From the NCBI GenBank assembly GCA_022561455.1, contig JADFRC010000001.1:1-48984 (forward strand): 48,984 nt of DNA. The letters are read 5' to 3'. Both the position numbers and the translations under genes were made by a program. Shown here one piece after another: positions 16,745 through 26,361 of this stretch. Numbering within the stretch: position 1 is the stretch's first letter; each line of letters starts with the position of its first letter. Source of the stretch: Chloroflexota bacterium (GTDB lineage: Bacteria; Chloroflexota; Dehalococcoidia; Lucifugimonadales; Australimonadaceae). The notes beneath the pieces are model-generated. The model saw only the letters and a list, made by a program, of their open reading frames with translations. It was not told the origin of the DNA and made no database searches.

Positions 16745-19225
16745 TTAGCGCACGACGAGGTCGATGGTCCGCTCGACGAGCGTGGCGTTCTCGCTGCTGA
16801 AGAGCGCCACCGACAGCGGGTACACGCCGGGCGCCAGCCCGGCCGTCGCATCCGCGGGGAGGCGCACGGTGAAGGAGCCGCCGGACGTGCGCTCGGCCGT
16901 GCCGCTAACGACCACCGCGCTCGCGACCGGGTCGACGAGCACGTAGCGCAGCCCAAGCTCCCCCGTGCCCTCGATTTCCACCGTGACCTCGGCCGCCGCT
17001 CCGGCGCTGACCTCGTCCGCGCTCACACGGCCGATCGTGAGCGGCGGCGGTGCGCCGAAGTACCAGTCGCCCGGCTTGAAGGGGTACGACGGGTCGCGGT
17101 AGGCATCGAGCTGTGCGAACTGCGCCGGCGGGTCGTAGCGCGTCAGCATGTACGGACCGTTGCTGATGACCAGCAGTCCGTAGCGCTCGAACCAGTCGAT
17201 GGCCGCGGCGTAGCGCTCCCGGGCGTCCTGCGCCCCGCCGACCACGCTCCCGCCCATGTCGAACACGCTCCGTGGGAGCGTGCCGTCCGATGCGAAGCTC
17301 CGCAGCGTTCGTACGACGAGGCGCGCGTCGCGGTCCATGACCAGGGAGAGCCACGGCACGTTGAAGCGGGCCGCCGCCGTATCACTGTAGGCGGCGCGCC
17401 GCTGCTCGAACACGACGTCGTCCATCGCCGCGAGCACCTCCCACGGCATCGTGAGGCTCGCCGGCATGGCGTACGAGGCGATCTGGCGCTCCTCGAAGTG
17501 CCAGAAGTCCACGTAGACCTCGATGCGGTCCGCGTCCAGCACGCGGTAGCCGCGGATCGTGTTGAGGTAGGGCCGCGCGGTGACGCCGAGCGCGAATTCG
17601 ATCGCCGTCTTCGCCGGGTCGAACGCGAGCTCGTAGCCCTGCGCGATGGGGTAGACGACGTCGGCCATCGCGATCGGCCGCCCGTGGTGCCACTTCCCGT
17701 CGAAGTAGCGGGAGTAGTCGAAGACGACCCTGCTCGTCGCGCGCACCCCGCCGCCCACCGGCTGCCACCGGTCGGCGTCCGCGTCCCACAGCACCGCGTC
17801 CGCGGGCACGTCGAGCTTCCCCTCCGGCCCGGCGGTCTCCACCTCGAAGTCTGTGCGGAAGGGCATCGGAATGCCCGTGAACGGGTGGTTCCAGATCGGC
17901 GGGTCGTGCAGACTGAGCCAGATGTCGTTGCTGTAGACATCCCCGAAACCGCCGACCGGGTTCCAGGTCGTGCGCTCCGTCCACACCCACAGGTTCCCGA
18001 CCGTGAGCTCGCTCTTGCCGGGCAGATACGCCTCCCGCACCGTCCACGGGCCCTTGGGCCCCGCGACGACGTCGCTGGTGACGCCCGCCAGAGCCGCGTT
18101 GGCCGGGAAGCTGTTGAGGACCGTCGCCACGCCGATCCGCACCGACTCGTCCAGCGCGATCGCCGTCATCTCCCGATAGATGCGGTCGCGCTCATCGGCG
18201 TCCGCGAAGTCGCCGGTGAAGAGCTGCTGGCCCAGGTCGTCGAGCTCCTGGTTCTCGTACTGCCAGAAGCCGGCCTCCCGCCAGCCAGGCATGTTGCCGA
18301 GCCACGGCGCGGACATCTGATTGATGGTCGAGAAGTCGTAGCGCTGCGGGGCCGAGCGCCCCCAGCCCTCGGTGTAGAGGTGCCAAGCGAAGGCCTGGGG
18401 GTCGGTCGAGTAGACCGAGAGGACGGCGGGGGCGAACTGTTGGTAGCTCGCCGCGACGGCGAAGCCGGCCTTCTCCAGCTCGATGCGGAGCAGGTCGCCG
18501 ATGTCGCGGCGCTCGTCCTCCACGCGGATCACGAACTTGATCCGGACGGGCCGGCCGGCGAACGCCCACGTGCCGTCGACGAGCTCGGCGCCCATCGCGC
18601 TCATCTCCTCGCGGATGACGGCGCGGGCGCGCTCCGGGTCGTAGCGGATGTCCGACCCCTTGACCAGGTCGTAGACCGTCAGGAAGTCGAAGTCGCTCGG
18701 GGACACGTGCGTGAGCATCGGCTGCGCGAGGCCCTGGTAGATATCGCTGACGATGAAATCGCGGTCCACGAGGAAGTTCACGGCCTGACGGATGCGCTTG
18801 CTTGCGAACGGGTTGAGCTGGCCCTCGGGGGCCGGGGCCGGGTTGAGGACGAGCGAGAGCGTCGTGGCCGGCGCCTCGTAGAGCCGGATGTCCGGGTCGC
18901 TGCGCAGCGCTCTGGCGGCCGCGGTTTTCAGGCTGAAGACGTAGAGGTCCATGTCGCCCGCGGCCATGTGCAGCGGCGCGCGGTCCACGTGGAAGGCGTT
19001 GAAGTAGACGGTGTCGGCTGCGGGCCCCGGCCGGTCGTGCGGCGGTGCGTAGTCGACCGGCGGCAGCGTCGGTGTGGGCGCCGCCGTCTGGCCCGCCTCG
19101 GCTGGGGACGAGCCCGTCGGCGCCGCGTCCGGCTCCGTTGGGCCCGAGCATGCCGCGGCCACGGCAGCGGCCGCGAGGAGCAGCAAGCCGGGGCCAGCGA
19201 GACGTGCGAGGCGCGCGAGACGCAT
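16745..19225 (-). CDS. ABC transporter substrate-binding lipoprotein, family 5 (peptide/nickel type), unusually large
   Basis: Start taken at ATG 19225 (MRLARLARLAGPGLLLLAAAAVAAAC, a lipobox). 826 aa, placed in family 5 by context with the Opp-like genes and overall layout. The track ORF extension to 19990 overlaps the BNR gene. Confidence 0.82.
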   Translation of the reverse strand: MRLARLARLAGPGLLLLAAAAVAAACSGPTEPDAAPTGSSPAEAGQTAAPTPTLPPVDYAPPHDRPGPAADTVYFNAFHVDRAPLHMAAGDMDLYVFSLKTAAARALRSDPDIRLYEAPATTLSLVLNPAPAPEGQLNPFASKRIRQAVNFLVDRDFIVSDIYQGLAQPMLTHVSPSDFDFLTVYDLVKGSDIRYDPERARAVIREEMSAMGAELVDGTWAFAGRPVRIKFVIRVEDERRDIGDLLRIELEKAGFAVAASYQQFAPAVLSVYSTDPQAFAWHLYTEGWGRSAPQRYDFSTINQMSAPWLGNMPGWREAGFWQYENQELDDLGQQLFTGDFADADERDRIYREMTAIALDESVRIGVATVLNSFPANAALAGVTSDVVAGPKGPWTVREAYLPGKSELTVGNLWVWTERTTWNPVGGFGDVYSNDIWLSLHDPPIWNHPFTGIPMPFRTDFEVETAGPEGKLDVPADAVLWDADADRWQPVGGGVRATSRVVFDYSRYFDGKWHHGRPIAMADVVYPIAQGYELAFDPAKTAIEFALGVTARPYLNTIRGYRVLDADRIEVYVDFWHFEERQIASYAMPASLTMPWEVLAAMDDVVFEQRRAAYSDTAAARFNVPWLSLVMDRDARLVVRTLRSFASDGTLPRSVFDMGGSVVGGAQDARERYAAAIDWFERYGLLVISNGPYMLTRYDPPAQFAQLDAYRDPSYPFKPGDWYFGAPPPLTIGRVSADEVSAGAAAEVTVEIEGTGELGLRYVLVDPVASAVVVSGTAERTSGGSFTVRLPADATAGLAPGVYPLSVALFSSENATLVERTIDLVVR

Positions 19226-19233
19226 CGGGGGGC

Positions 19234-21651
19234 CTACGTCTCCGCGGCGGACGGCGGGCGCGAACGCCGCCGCCAGAGGACGTAGACGAGCGCGCCGATG
19301 CCGCCTGCGGCCACGGTGGCGCTGATAGTCACGGCCACGATGGCGGCCAGCTCCGCGCCGGTACTGCCGCCGTCCTCCAGCAGCTCGCGCACGCGAGCGA
19401 GCTCGGCGCTCAGGCGGGTGGCCTCGGGCGCATCCGGCGCGCCGAGGGCCTCGGCCAAGGCGGCCAGCCTCCGGTCCAGGTCCTGCTGCGTGTCCCGGAT
19501 GCTGCCGAAGCCGAACTCGGAGAAGAACGAAGCGGTGGCCAGGTTCCCGGAGTCGTCGAACACCCTGACTTCCTGGGCTCCCTCGCCGGTGACCGGCATG
19601 AACAGGCGGGCCGTGAAGCGGCCCTCGTCGTTGGTCCGCTGCGACGCGACGGTCACGCCACCCACCTGCACGAAGACGTCGAGGTTGGGCTGGAAGTTGA
19701 ACCCCTGGAGCGTGACCTCCTGGCCGCCGGGTCCGGCGCCGGGGCTCAGGAAGACCTCGACCCCCGGGATGGCGCTGCGGCGCGCGAACGCGATCTTCTG
19801 GTTCGCGCCGCCGAACTCCCCGAGCCGCGTGTCGGCCCACACGGCGTACACCTCGTCCTCTGTCGCCGCCACCGCGAAGTAGTCGCCGATGAACAACCCG
19901 TTGGGGAAGCCCTTGTTCGGGTTGGACGGGAAGTCGCTGATACGCGTGTCGTCTCTGCGGATGCCGAGGTCTGCGTCCTCGAAGCCCCACGTGTCGCCGC
20001 CGTCCTCCGACGTCGTGTAGTAGATGTGGTAGCGCGACTCCGACGGGTCGTCGCGCATGTCGCCCCAGATGACGTGGAGGTTCCCGTTCGGGTCGGCGTC
20101 GATGGCGGGGAAGAACTGGAACCGGTCGGTCTCATCGCCGCCGAGGCGCTTCGCCCGGGTCCAGCTGCGGCCGCCGTCCGTCGAGCGGATGAAGTAGACG
20201 TCGCCGTCGTCGGAGGGTTTGCTCGCGGCACGGCCGACGTAGACGATGTAGACCTCGCCGTCCGGTCCGATGGTCATCTGGGGGAACGACGACGCCCAGG
20301 AGCGGAAGAAGGTGCTCTTGGAGCGGAAGCCGGTCTCTTGGAAGAGGCTGGCCTGGACGGGCCGCGAGAAGGTGCGCCCGGCGTCGGTCGAGCGCGCGAC
20401 CTGGATCTCCGCCAGTCCCTTCTGCGAGTCGTCGTCGGTCGAGTCCATCCACGCCACGTAGAGGGTGCCGTCCGGGGCAACCTCCGGCCGGGAGCCCTGC
20501 ACGACCCGCTTGAGCCCCTCGACGACCGTATCGGCGGGACCGGGCGCGTCCCCGGAGGCGCGGCGGACCGTCGGGCTGACCGCGATGGGCGTGCTCCACG
20601 TCACGCCGCCGTCCTCGGAGCGCACGAGCTCGATGGTCGTGCGCAGCTCGGTCACCGCGAACGTGGGTATGTCCCCGATGTAGAGGACCGACGCGACGGT
20701 GTTGAAGTTCGTGTACGTCACGTAGATCACGTCGGAGGACGGGTCGGCCGGATTGGGACCGATGGCCATCCACGGCTTGTCGAGGAAGGACAGGAACACG
20801 AAGCCCCGTACCAGGCCATCCCCGTCGATGCTCAGGTCCGTCGTCACGCCGCCCTGGGCGGTGGCGGACGACCCCGCCCACGACCTGCCGCCGTCCGGAG
20901 ACACGGCGTGCGCGATCGTGGACAGCTGCGCCTGAAAGACGAACGGCCCGACGGTGAAGTCTTGGAGCCCGATGGAGATCGACACCATGCTCGGGTTGCC
21001 GTCGCGGTCGAACGCCACCACCGGGTCCCCCCCGGAGACCAGGTCGTCGCGCAGGAAGGGCTTCTGGAACGGCCCCTCCCACGTCGTGCCCCCATCGAAC
21101 GTCACGTAGGAGGCGATGGACGGCAGGTTGAAGTCGATCACGCCGACGACGAGGTGGTCGGGGTCGGTCGGGTTGACGGCGATGTGCGGCTCGGTCTGGA
21201 ACGGCACGTTCCCGAGGTCGCGGCTGAGCAGGATGTTCCTGCTGAAGGAAGGCGCTGGGTCGCGGAAGGGCACGAGCACGCCGCCGCCCGCCTGAGTGGG
21301 GATGCTGGCGTCGGCGAGCGAGGTATCGAGGTCGCTCCACCGCAGCCGCGTGAGCACGTCCCACGGCGGCCGCTTCTGCAGCCGGGGGTCCAGGCCTTCG
21401 GCCATGAGCCACGCGGACCCGGAGGCCGCCCGCCGGAAGATGTCGAGGACGGTCTCCTGCCGGACCTTGGAGACCTCTCCCTTCAGCAGCGGCCCCCAGA
21501 TGCCGCCGTCGCTCTGGGGCGCCACGGCAGCCGATGCCGGGATAGTGGCGAGCCCGAGTGCGACGGCGAGGAGCCCCGCGGCGGCGCGGGAACGCGCACC
21601 CCGCGCCAGGAGCCCCAGCCCGAAGGCGCGGCGTGGCGTCGGGCTACTCAA
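19234..21651 (-). CDS. Secreted BNR/Asp-box repeat (sialidase-fold-like) protein with an IPT/TIG-like domain and a C-terminal TM anchor
   Basis: Signal peptide. Asp-boxes SPDGGRSW, SEDGGVTW, STDAGRTF, STDGGRSW and SEDGGDTW. An Ig-like segment GQEVTLQGFNFQPNLDVFVQVGG. Terminal hydrophobic helix AAIVAVTISATVAAGGIGALVYVLW followed by RRRSR. Confidence 0.8.
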   Translation of the reverse strand: MSSPTPRRAFGLGLLARGARSRAAAGLLAVALGLATIPASAAVAPQSDGGIWGPLLKGEVSKVRQETVLDIFRRAASGSAWLMAEGLDPRLQKRPPWDVLTRLRWSDLDTSLADASIPTQAGGGVLVPFRDPAPSFSRNILLSRDLGNVPFQTEPHIAVNPTDPDHLVVGVIDFNLPSIASYVTFDGGTTWEGPFQKPFLRDDLVSGGDPVVAFDRDGNPSMVSISIGLQDFTVGPFVFQAQLSTIAHAVSPDGGRSWAGSSATAQGGVTTDLSIDGDGLVRGFVFLSFLDKPWMAIGPNPADPSSDVIYVTYTNFNTVASVLYIGDIPTFAVTELRTTIELVRSEDGGVTWSTPIAVSPTVRRASGDAPGPADTVVEGLKRVVQGSRPEVAPDGTLYVAWMDSTDDDSQKGLAEIQVARSTDAGRTFSRPVQASLFQETGFRSKSTFFRSWASSFPQMTIGPDGEVYIVYVGRAASKPSDDGDVYFIRSTDGGRSWTRAKRLGGDETDRFQFFPAIDADPNGNLHVIWGDMRDDPSESRYHIYYTTSEDGGDTWGFEDADLGIRRDDTRISDFPSNPNKGFPNGLFIGDYFAVAATEDEVYAVWADTRLGEFGGANQKIAFARRSAIPGVEVFLSPGAGPGGQEVTLQGFNFQPNLDVFVQVGGVTVASQRTNDEGRFTARLFMPVTGEGAQEVRVFDDSGNLATASFFSEFGFGSIRDTQQDLDRRLAALAEALGAPDAPEATRLSAELARVRELLEDGGSTGAELAAIVAVTISATVAAGGIGALVYVLWRRRSRPPSAAET

Positions 21652-22366
21652 GCGTCAGGTCCACGAGGACGTCGATGCGGTCGATGACCACGAGGAGGAC
21701 CCTCTGCCAGAACTCGTCGACGGCGCGGAGATAGTTGCTTGCCCCGGACTGAAGCAGGCCGAGTGCGACAGACGGGTCGGGGTCGGAGGCGGATGCCAGC
21801 CACTCCAGGTAGGACGGCAGGGAGCGCGACACCCGGTCCAGCAGCGGTCCCAGCGACGGGTCGGACCGGACCGCCAGCGGCTTGATGTTCATCCAGAACC
21901 GCTGGGCCTCCAGCGGGTCGCGAGGCGGCGTCTTGCGCATCTCCGCCAGCAGCAGCCGGTCCGTCTCGAACCGCGCCGCCACCGACTCGATGGACCGGAT
22001 CGTCCGCTCGGTGCCCGTCGCCCTCGTGGCGTCCAACACGCGGTCGGTGATGCTCTGGCTGAGGTCGATGGCATCGGCATCGGACGAGCCGCTCCCCGCG
22101 CCGGTCCCCTCGGTGATGCCGATGGCCTGGCGGAGCTCGTCGAACTGCTGGCTGAGCGCTGCCATCTCGTTCGTCACCTCGTCGGACTGCCCGGAGAGCC
22201 GCACCGCCAGATATCCACCGCCGAAAGTGACGCCGATGGCAACCAGGGCCGCGCCGGCGCCGAGCCACCACCGCTTCGAGACCCGAGGCGGCCGCAACCG
22301 CGGCACGAACCGCCTGCGCCGGGGAACGGGTGCATCGACTAGCATGCCGGTCGTGTCTGCTTCCAT
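21644..22366 (-). CDS. Hypothetical single-pass membrane protein
   Basis: High-GC3 ORF with one TM (WWLGAGAALVAIGVTFGGGYLAV) and no motif I recognise. The start is uncertain (ATG candidates at 22345, 22366, 22399 or 22600). Its 3' end overlaps the BNR gene start by 8 nt. Confidence 0.5.
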   Translation of the reverse strand: MEADTTGMLVDAPVPRRRRFVPRLRPPRVSKRWWLGAGAALVAIGVTFGGGYLAVRLSGQSDEVTNEMAALSQQFDELRQAIGITEGTGAGSGSSDADAIDLSQSITDRVLDATRATGTERTIRSIESVAARFETDRLLLAEMRKTPPRDPLEAQRFWMNIKPLAVRSDPSLGPLLDRVSRSLPSYLEWLASASDPDPSVALGLLQSGASNYLRAVDEFWQRVLLVVIDRIDVLVDLTLE

Positions 22367-22572
22367 CGTCAAGGACGCCTCGATCCGCTGTCCAAGCATT
22401 CTAACCGCACGGGCCGAGGCAGGCTCGCTGCTGGTCACGCGGGACGGGGCCGTGGCATCTAGGGGTCGCCAGTTATACGCTTGCCGGGCCTGATCGGATT
22501 GGCGGAGACAGCGGAGGCGCTGGTGGGATACCGAACGTGCGGGATCACTCATGGGCCCGGCCGGTCCGCACC

Positions 22573-23859
22573 ATGAGCCGGGCCCTTCGCCTCGCCTCAC
22601 TCCTGGCCGCAGCGTTGTCGCTCGCGGCCGGCTGCTCGCTCCTCCCGTCCTCCACTCCCACGCCGACTGCCACGGCGCCCGAAGAGCCAGCCGCCCTCCA
22701 GCGCGTCGTGTTCGTCGGACCGGGATTCGACGTGGGTACAGTCCTCCGCGACGGGAGCGGACGCAGAACGATCGCAGCGCCCGGCGCGGGCCGTGGTGGG
22801 GTGCGTGCGCCTCTCGGCTACACCTGGCCGGCGTGGTCGCCCGACGGCCGCCAGGTTGCGGTCTCCCGCATCCCCGGCCCCGAGCGGGGCGACATCGCAG
22901 CGTTGGTCGTCCTCGACGCCGACGGCTCGAACGAGCGGTTCGTCCACGTGACCAACGACGGGCAGGTCAACTTCGTCGCGGACGGCGCCCCGCACTACAC
23001 GCACTGGTCGCCGGATGGCAGACGTCTCTCGTTCGTCGCGCCGAGGGCCGACGGCACGCGCCTCGGCCTCTTCGAGACGGCGGTTGCCGACGCGGATCCC
23101 TACCTCGTCGCCGAGAACGCCCCGCTCTACCACACCTGGTCCCCGGACAGCTCCGGCATCCTCCTGCACCGCCGGGAGCAGCTACTGGTGCACTCCGTGG
23201 CCGGCCGCTCGACCCAGGCCATCGGACGGAACTCCGGGAGCTACCGCGTGCCGGCCTACAGCAGGCGCGGCGCGTGGATGGCTTACGCAGCGGACATCGG
23301 TGCTGGCGAGCAGCTCATCGCATGGTCGCTGGAAACCGGCGCCGAGCGTGAGCTGTGGCCGCTGGAAGGCGAGGTCGCGTTCGCCTGGTCGCCACGGGAG
23401 GACGTCCTCGCGGCAACGCAGCGGGTTGACGCTCTCTCGGCTGGCACCGACGGCCTCGTCCTGATCGACGCCGCGACCGGCGAGCGCCGCCGCATCTTCG
23501 ATGGCAGCGTCCTCTCCTTCTTCTGGTCGCCCGACGGCTTCCGGATCGCCATCGCGACGCCCGGCTCGACGAGCAGCCGCTTCCAATGGTTCGTCGTTGC
23601 CGTCGATTCCGGCACCGAGACGGCCCTCACTTCCTTCATCCCGGCCTCGGACTACCTGACCTTCCTCCAGTTCTTCGACCAGTACGCCCCTTCGCACCTG
23701 GTGTGGTCCGCGGACTCGAGGTATCTCGTGTTCGCCGGCACCATCCCCGGGGACGAGAGCCGGTCGCGCGCGTGGGTCGTCGACGTGACGGGAGCCTCGG
23801 AGCCGCGCTCCGTTGCGGACGGCCGCCTCGCATTCTGGGTGCCGCCGCTCGCGCCCTAG
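22573..23859 (+). CDS. PD40/TolB-like beta-propeller lipoprotein
   Basis: Lipobox LSLAAGCS from ATG 22573. Repeated WSPDG-type blades (WSPDGRQVAVS, WSPDGRRLSFV, WSPDSSGILL, WSPDGFRIAIA, WSADSRYLVF). Confidence 0.8.
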   Translation: MSRALRLASLLAAALSLAAGCSLLPSSTPTPTATAPEEPAALQRVVFVGPGFDVGTVLRDGSGRRTIAAPGAGRGGVRAPLGYTWPAWSPDGRQVAVSRIPGPERGDIAALVVLDADGSNERFVHVTNDGQVNFVADGAPHYTHWSPDGRRLSFVAPRADGTRLGLFETAVADADPYLVAENAPLYHTWSPDSSGILLHRREQLLVHSVAGRSTQAIGRNSGSYRVPAYSRRGAWMAYAADIGAGEQLIAWSLETGAERELWPLEGEVAFAWSPREDVLAATQRVDALSAGTDGLVLIDAATGERRRIFDGSVLSFFWSPDGFRIAIATPGSTSSRFQWFVVAVDSGTETALTSFIPASDYLTFLQFFDQYAPSHLVWSADSRYLVFAGTIPGDESRSRAWVVDVTGASEPRSVADGRLAFWVPPLAP

Positions 23860-23981
23860 CGCCATCCCAGCGCGGACTCAGCTGATGTTGTCCGCAGACC
23901 GCACCGCCCGAGGCCGCCCATATCCGCCATCTCGCAGAGCCCGCTGGTCGCAGATGCGTGGATAAAAGATGAGTGGATTAT

Positions 23982-23990
23982 TGATATAAT
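23982..23990 (+). promoter_or_regulatory. Extended -10 promoter element upstream of the amino-acid ABC operon
   Basis: TGATATAAT (TGn + perfect TATAAT at 23985-23990) sits in the only AT-rich patch of this intergenic region. GAGGAG SD lies before ATG 24049. Confidence 0.45.
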
Positions 23991-24048
23991 GTGGGGCGAT
24001 AGGTTCAGGGCCGACGACTCGGAGCATTCCTAACGGTGAGGAGAAACC

Positions 24049-25101
24049 ATGAGGCAGATGAAGCTAAGGTACCCACTCTTGCTCGTCCTCGCGACTATGG
24101 TGATCGCGGTACTTGCCGCGTGCAATGGCGACGACGACGCGACGGCCGGAAGCCGTCTCGACACGGTGAAGGAACGCGGCAACCTGATCATCGCGGGCCG
24201 CACCGACCTGGCCGGATTCGGCTTCCTCGACGCTTCGGGGAAGAACGTCGGGTTCGACATCGACCTGGGCCGGGCCGTGGCAGCGGCGATCTTCGGAGAC
24301 CCCAACGCCATCGAAGTGCGGCCCATCTCCGCATCCGAGCGGGGGCCGACGATCCAGGGCGGTGAGGTCGACGTGCTCACCAGGAACGTCACGTGGACGT
24401 CCACGCGCGATGCCCAGTGGGGCAACTACACGACCATCATGTTCTACGACGGCCAGGGCTTCATGGTGCGCGCCGACAGCGGCTTCGACAGCGCCTTCGA
24501 CCTGGACGGCACGACGGCGTGCGTTACGAGCGGGACGACCACCGAGCTCAACCTGGCGGACTTCTTCCGTCAGAACGGCCTGAGCCTGGAGACGGTGGTG
24601 TTCGAGGACACCGCAAGCGTGTACGGGGCGTATGAGTCCGGGCGCTGCGACATCGCGACCAGCGACAAGAGCCAGCTGGCGGCGATCCGCAGTGGGTTCG
24701 CGAACCCCGGCGACCACAAGATCCTTCCCGAGACGATCTCCAAGGAGCCGCTGACCCCCGTCGTCCCGCATGGCGACGACCAGTGGTTCGACCTGGTCAA
24801 GACGGTCATGTGGGTCCTGATCAACGCCGAGGAGATGGGCGTGACGCAGGCGAACGTGGACTCGATGGTCTCCAGCGACAACATCGCCATCCGGCGCATG
24901 CTGGGCGCCGAGGGTGAGTTCGGCCAGGCGGACCTCGGACTGGACGCGGACTTCGCGGTCGACGTGATCAAGGCCGTCGGCAACTACGGAGAGATCTACG
25001 ACCGCTACATGGGCCCGAACGGCATGTCCTTCGAGCTGCCGCGCCAGAGCAACGAGCTCTGGCTCAACGGTGGCCTGATCTACGCTCCGCCGCTCAAGTA
25101 G
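24049..25101 (+). CDS. General L-amino acid ABC transporter substrate-binding lipoprotein (AapJ/BztA-like)
   Basis: Lipobox VLAAC. GFDIDLGRAVAAAIFGD, VDVLTRNVTWT and MFYDGQGFMV resemble the AapJ family. Confidence 0.88.
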   Translation: MRQMKLRYPLLLVLATMVIAVLAACNGDDDATAGSRLDTVKERGNLIIAGRTDLAGFGFLDASGKNVGFDIDLGRAVAAAIFGDPNAIEVRPISASERGPTIQGGEVDVLTRNVTWTSTRDAQWGNYTTIMFYDGQGFMVRADSGFDSAFDLDGTTACVTSGTTTELNLADFFRQNGLSLETVVFEDTASVYGAYESGRCDIATSDKSQLAAIRSGFANPGDHKILPETISKEPLTPVVPHGDDQWFDLVKTVMWVLINAEEMGVTQANVDSMVSSDNIAIRRMLGAEGEFGQADLGLDADFAVDVIKAVGNYGEIYDRYMGPNGMSFELPRQSNELWLNGGLIYAPPLK

Positions 25102-25116
25102 CCGCTCTCGACCTGG

Positions 25117-25159
25117 GGGGGTACGTGTGGACCCGGCTCAGCCGTCCGCACGTGCCCCC
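25117..25159 (+). other. Long intercistronic stem-loop between the SBP and first permease gene
   Basis: GGGGG-T-ACGTG-T-GGAC ... GTCC-G-CACGT-G-CCCCC: about 17 pairs including G-U, with an 11-nt apical region. No U-tract follows. Confidence 0.5.
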
Positions 25160-25173
25160 TGGTCTAACTATCG

Positions 25174-26361
25174 ATGAGCCCAATCCGTCGCCTGCTCTCC
25201 TACCGCGGCATCCCGATATGGCGCGACGTTCGCGTCCTCCAGGCGGCCGGCCAGCTCGTGTCAGTCATGTTCGTCGTCTCTGTCCTCGTGTTCTTCGTCG
25301 CCAACCTGATGTCGGCCGCGGACGAGCGCGGCCTCTCGCTGGGGTTTGATTTCCTCGACCAGGAGGCGGGCTTCCCCATCGGAGAGTCCGTCATCGACTA
25401 TCACCCTGCCGACTCCTTCCTCTATGCGTTCGGAGTCGGCATCGCCAACACGCTGAAGGCGGCGCTGCTCGGCGTCATCTTCGCCACGCTGCTCGGCGTC
25501 GCCGTGGGGCTCGCCCGCCTCTCCTCCAATTGGCTGGTGCGGAACCTGGCCGGCGTCTACGTACAGACCATCCGCAACGTCCCGCTGCTCGTGCAGCTCT
25601 TCTTCTGGTACTTCGCCGTGTTCCAGGCGCTGCCCCTCGTCCGAGAAGCGGTCCGCCTGCCGGGCCCGGTGTACTTGAGCAACCGGGGGCTGTTCATGGT
25701 CTGGCCGCGCATGACGTCGACCTTCGACACATGGCTGGGCTTTCTCGCCGTCGGCCTCGTGGTGGCGGTCGGCCTGCGCTTCGTGCTCATGCGGCGCGAG
25801 CGGCGATCGGGGCGCCCCTCGCATGCCGTCGTCGTGCCGTGGCTCGCCTTCGCCGCCATCGGCGCGATCGGTTGGATCGCGGCGGGCGAGAGCCCCCTGG
25901 GCCGAAGCGTGCCCACGTTGGGCGAGTTCAACTTCGAGGGCGGGGCCCGGATCACGCCTGAGTTCGGCGCTCTGTTAGTGGGGCTCGTCCTCTACACGGC
26001 GACGTTCATCGCGGAGATCGTCCGCGCGGGCATCCAGTCCGTGAGCCGCGGCCAGAGCGAGGCTGCCCTGGCGCTGGGGCTGAGCAGCTTCCAGACCACC
26101 CGGCTCGTGGTCTTTCCGCAGGCGCTGCGCGTGATCGTGCCGCCGCTGATCAGCCAGTACCTGAACCTGACGAAGAACTCGAGCCTGGCCGTGGCCATCG
26201 CCTACCCTGAGCTGTTCACGGTCGGGCGGACCATGATCAACCAGGCGGGACGGGCTGTGCCCATCTTCCTGCTCATCATGGCCGCGTATCTCGCCATGAG
26301 CCTCACCTGGGCCGCCGTCGGCAACCTGTACAACCGGCGGGTCCAGATGGTGGAGCATTGA
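25174..26361 (+). CDS. Amino acid ABC transporter permease (AapQ-like)
   Basis: 395-aa polytopic protein with GQSEAALALGLSSFQTTRLVVFPQALRVIVPPL (EAA loop of the His/Glu/Gln/Arg permease family). Confidence 0.9.
   Translation: MSPIRRLLSYRGIPIWRDVRVLQAAGQLVSVMFVVSVLVFFVANLMSAADERGLSLGFDFLDQEAGFPIGESVIDYHPADSFLYAFGVGIANTLKAALLGVIFATLLGVAVGLARLSSNWLVRNLAGVYVQTIRNVPLLVQLFFWYFAVFQALPLVREAVRLPGPVYLSNRGLFMVWPRMTSTFDTWLGFLAVGLVVAVGLRFVLMRRERRSGRPSHAVVVPWLAFAAIGAIGWIAAGESPLGRSVPTLGEFNFEGGARITPEFGALLVGLVLYTATFIAEIVRAGIQSVSRGQSEAALALGLSSFQTTRLVVFPQALRVIVPPLISQYLNLTKNSSLAVAIAYPELFTVGRTMINQAGRAVPIFLLIMAAYLAMSLTWAAVGNLYNRRVQMVEH

Noticed and set aside
19045-21687. 880-aa plus-strand ORF
   Set aside because: It is antisense to the BNR/Asp-box gene. 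It has no motifs and an Arg/Gly/Pro-dominated composition, whereas the minus-strand frame has five Asp-boxes and a signal peptide.
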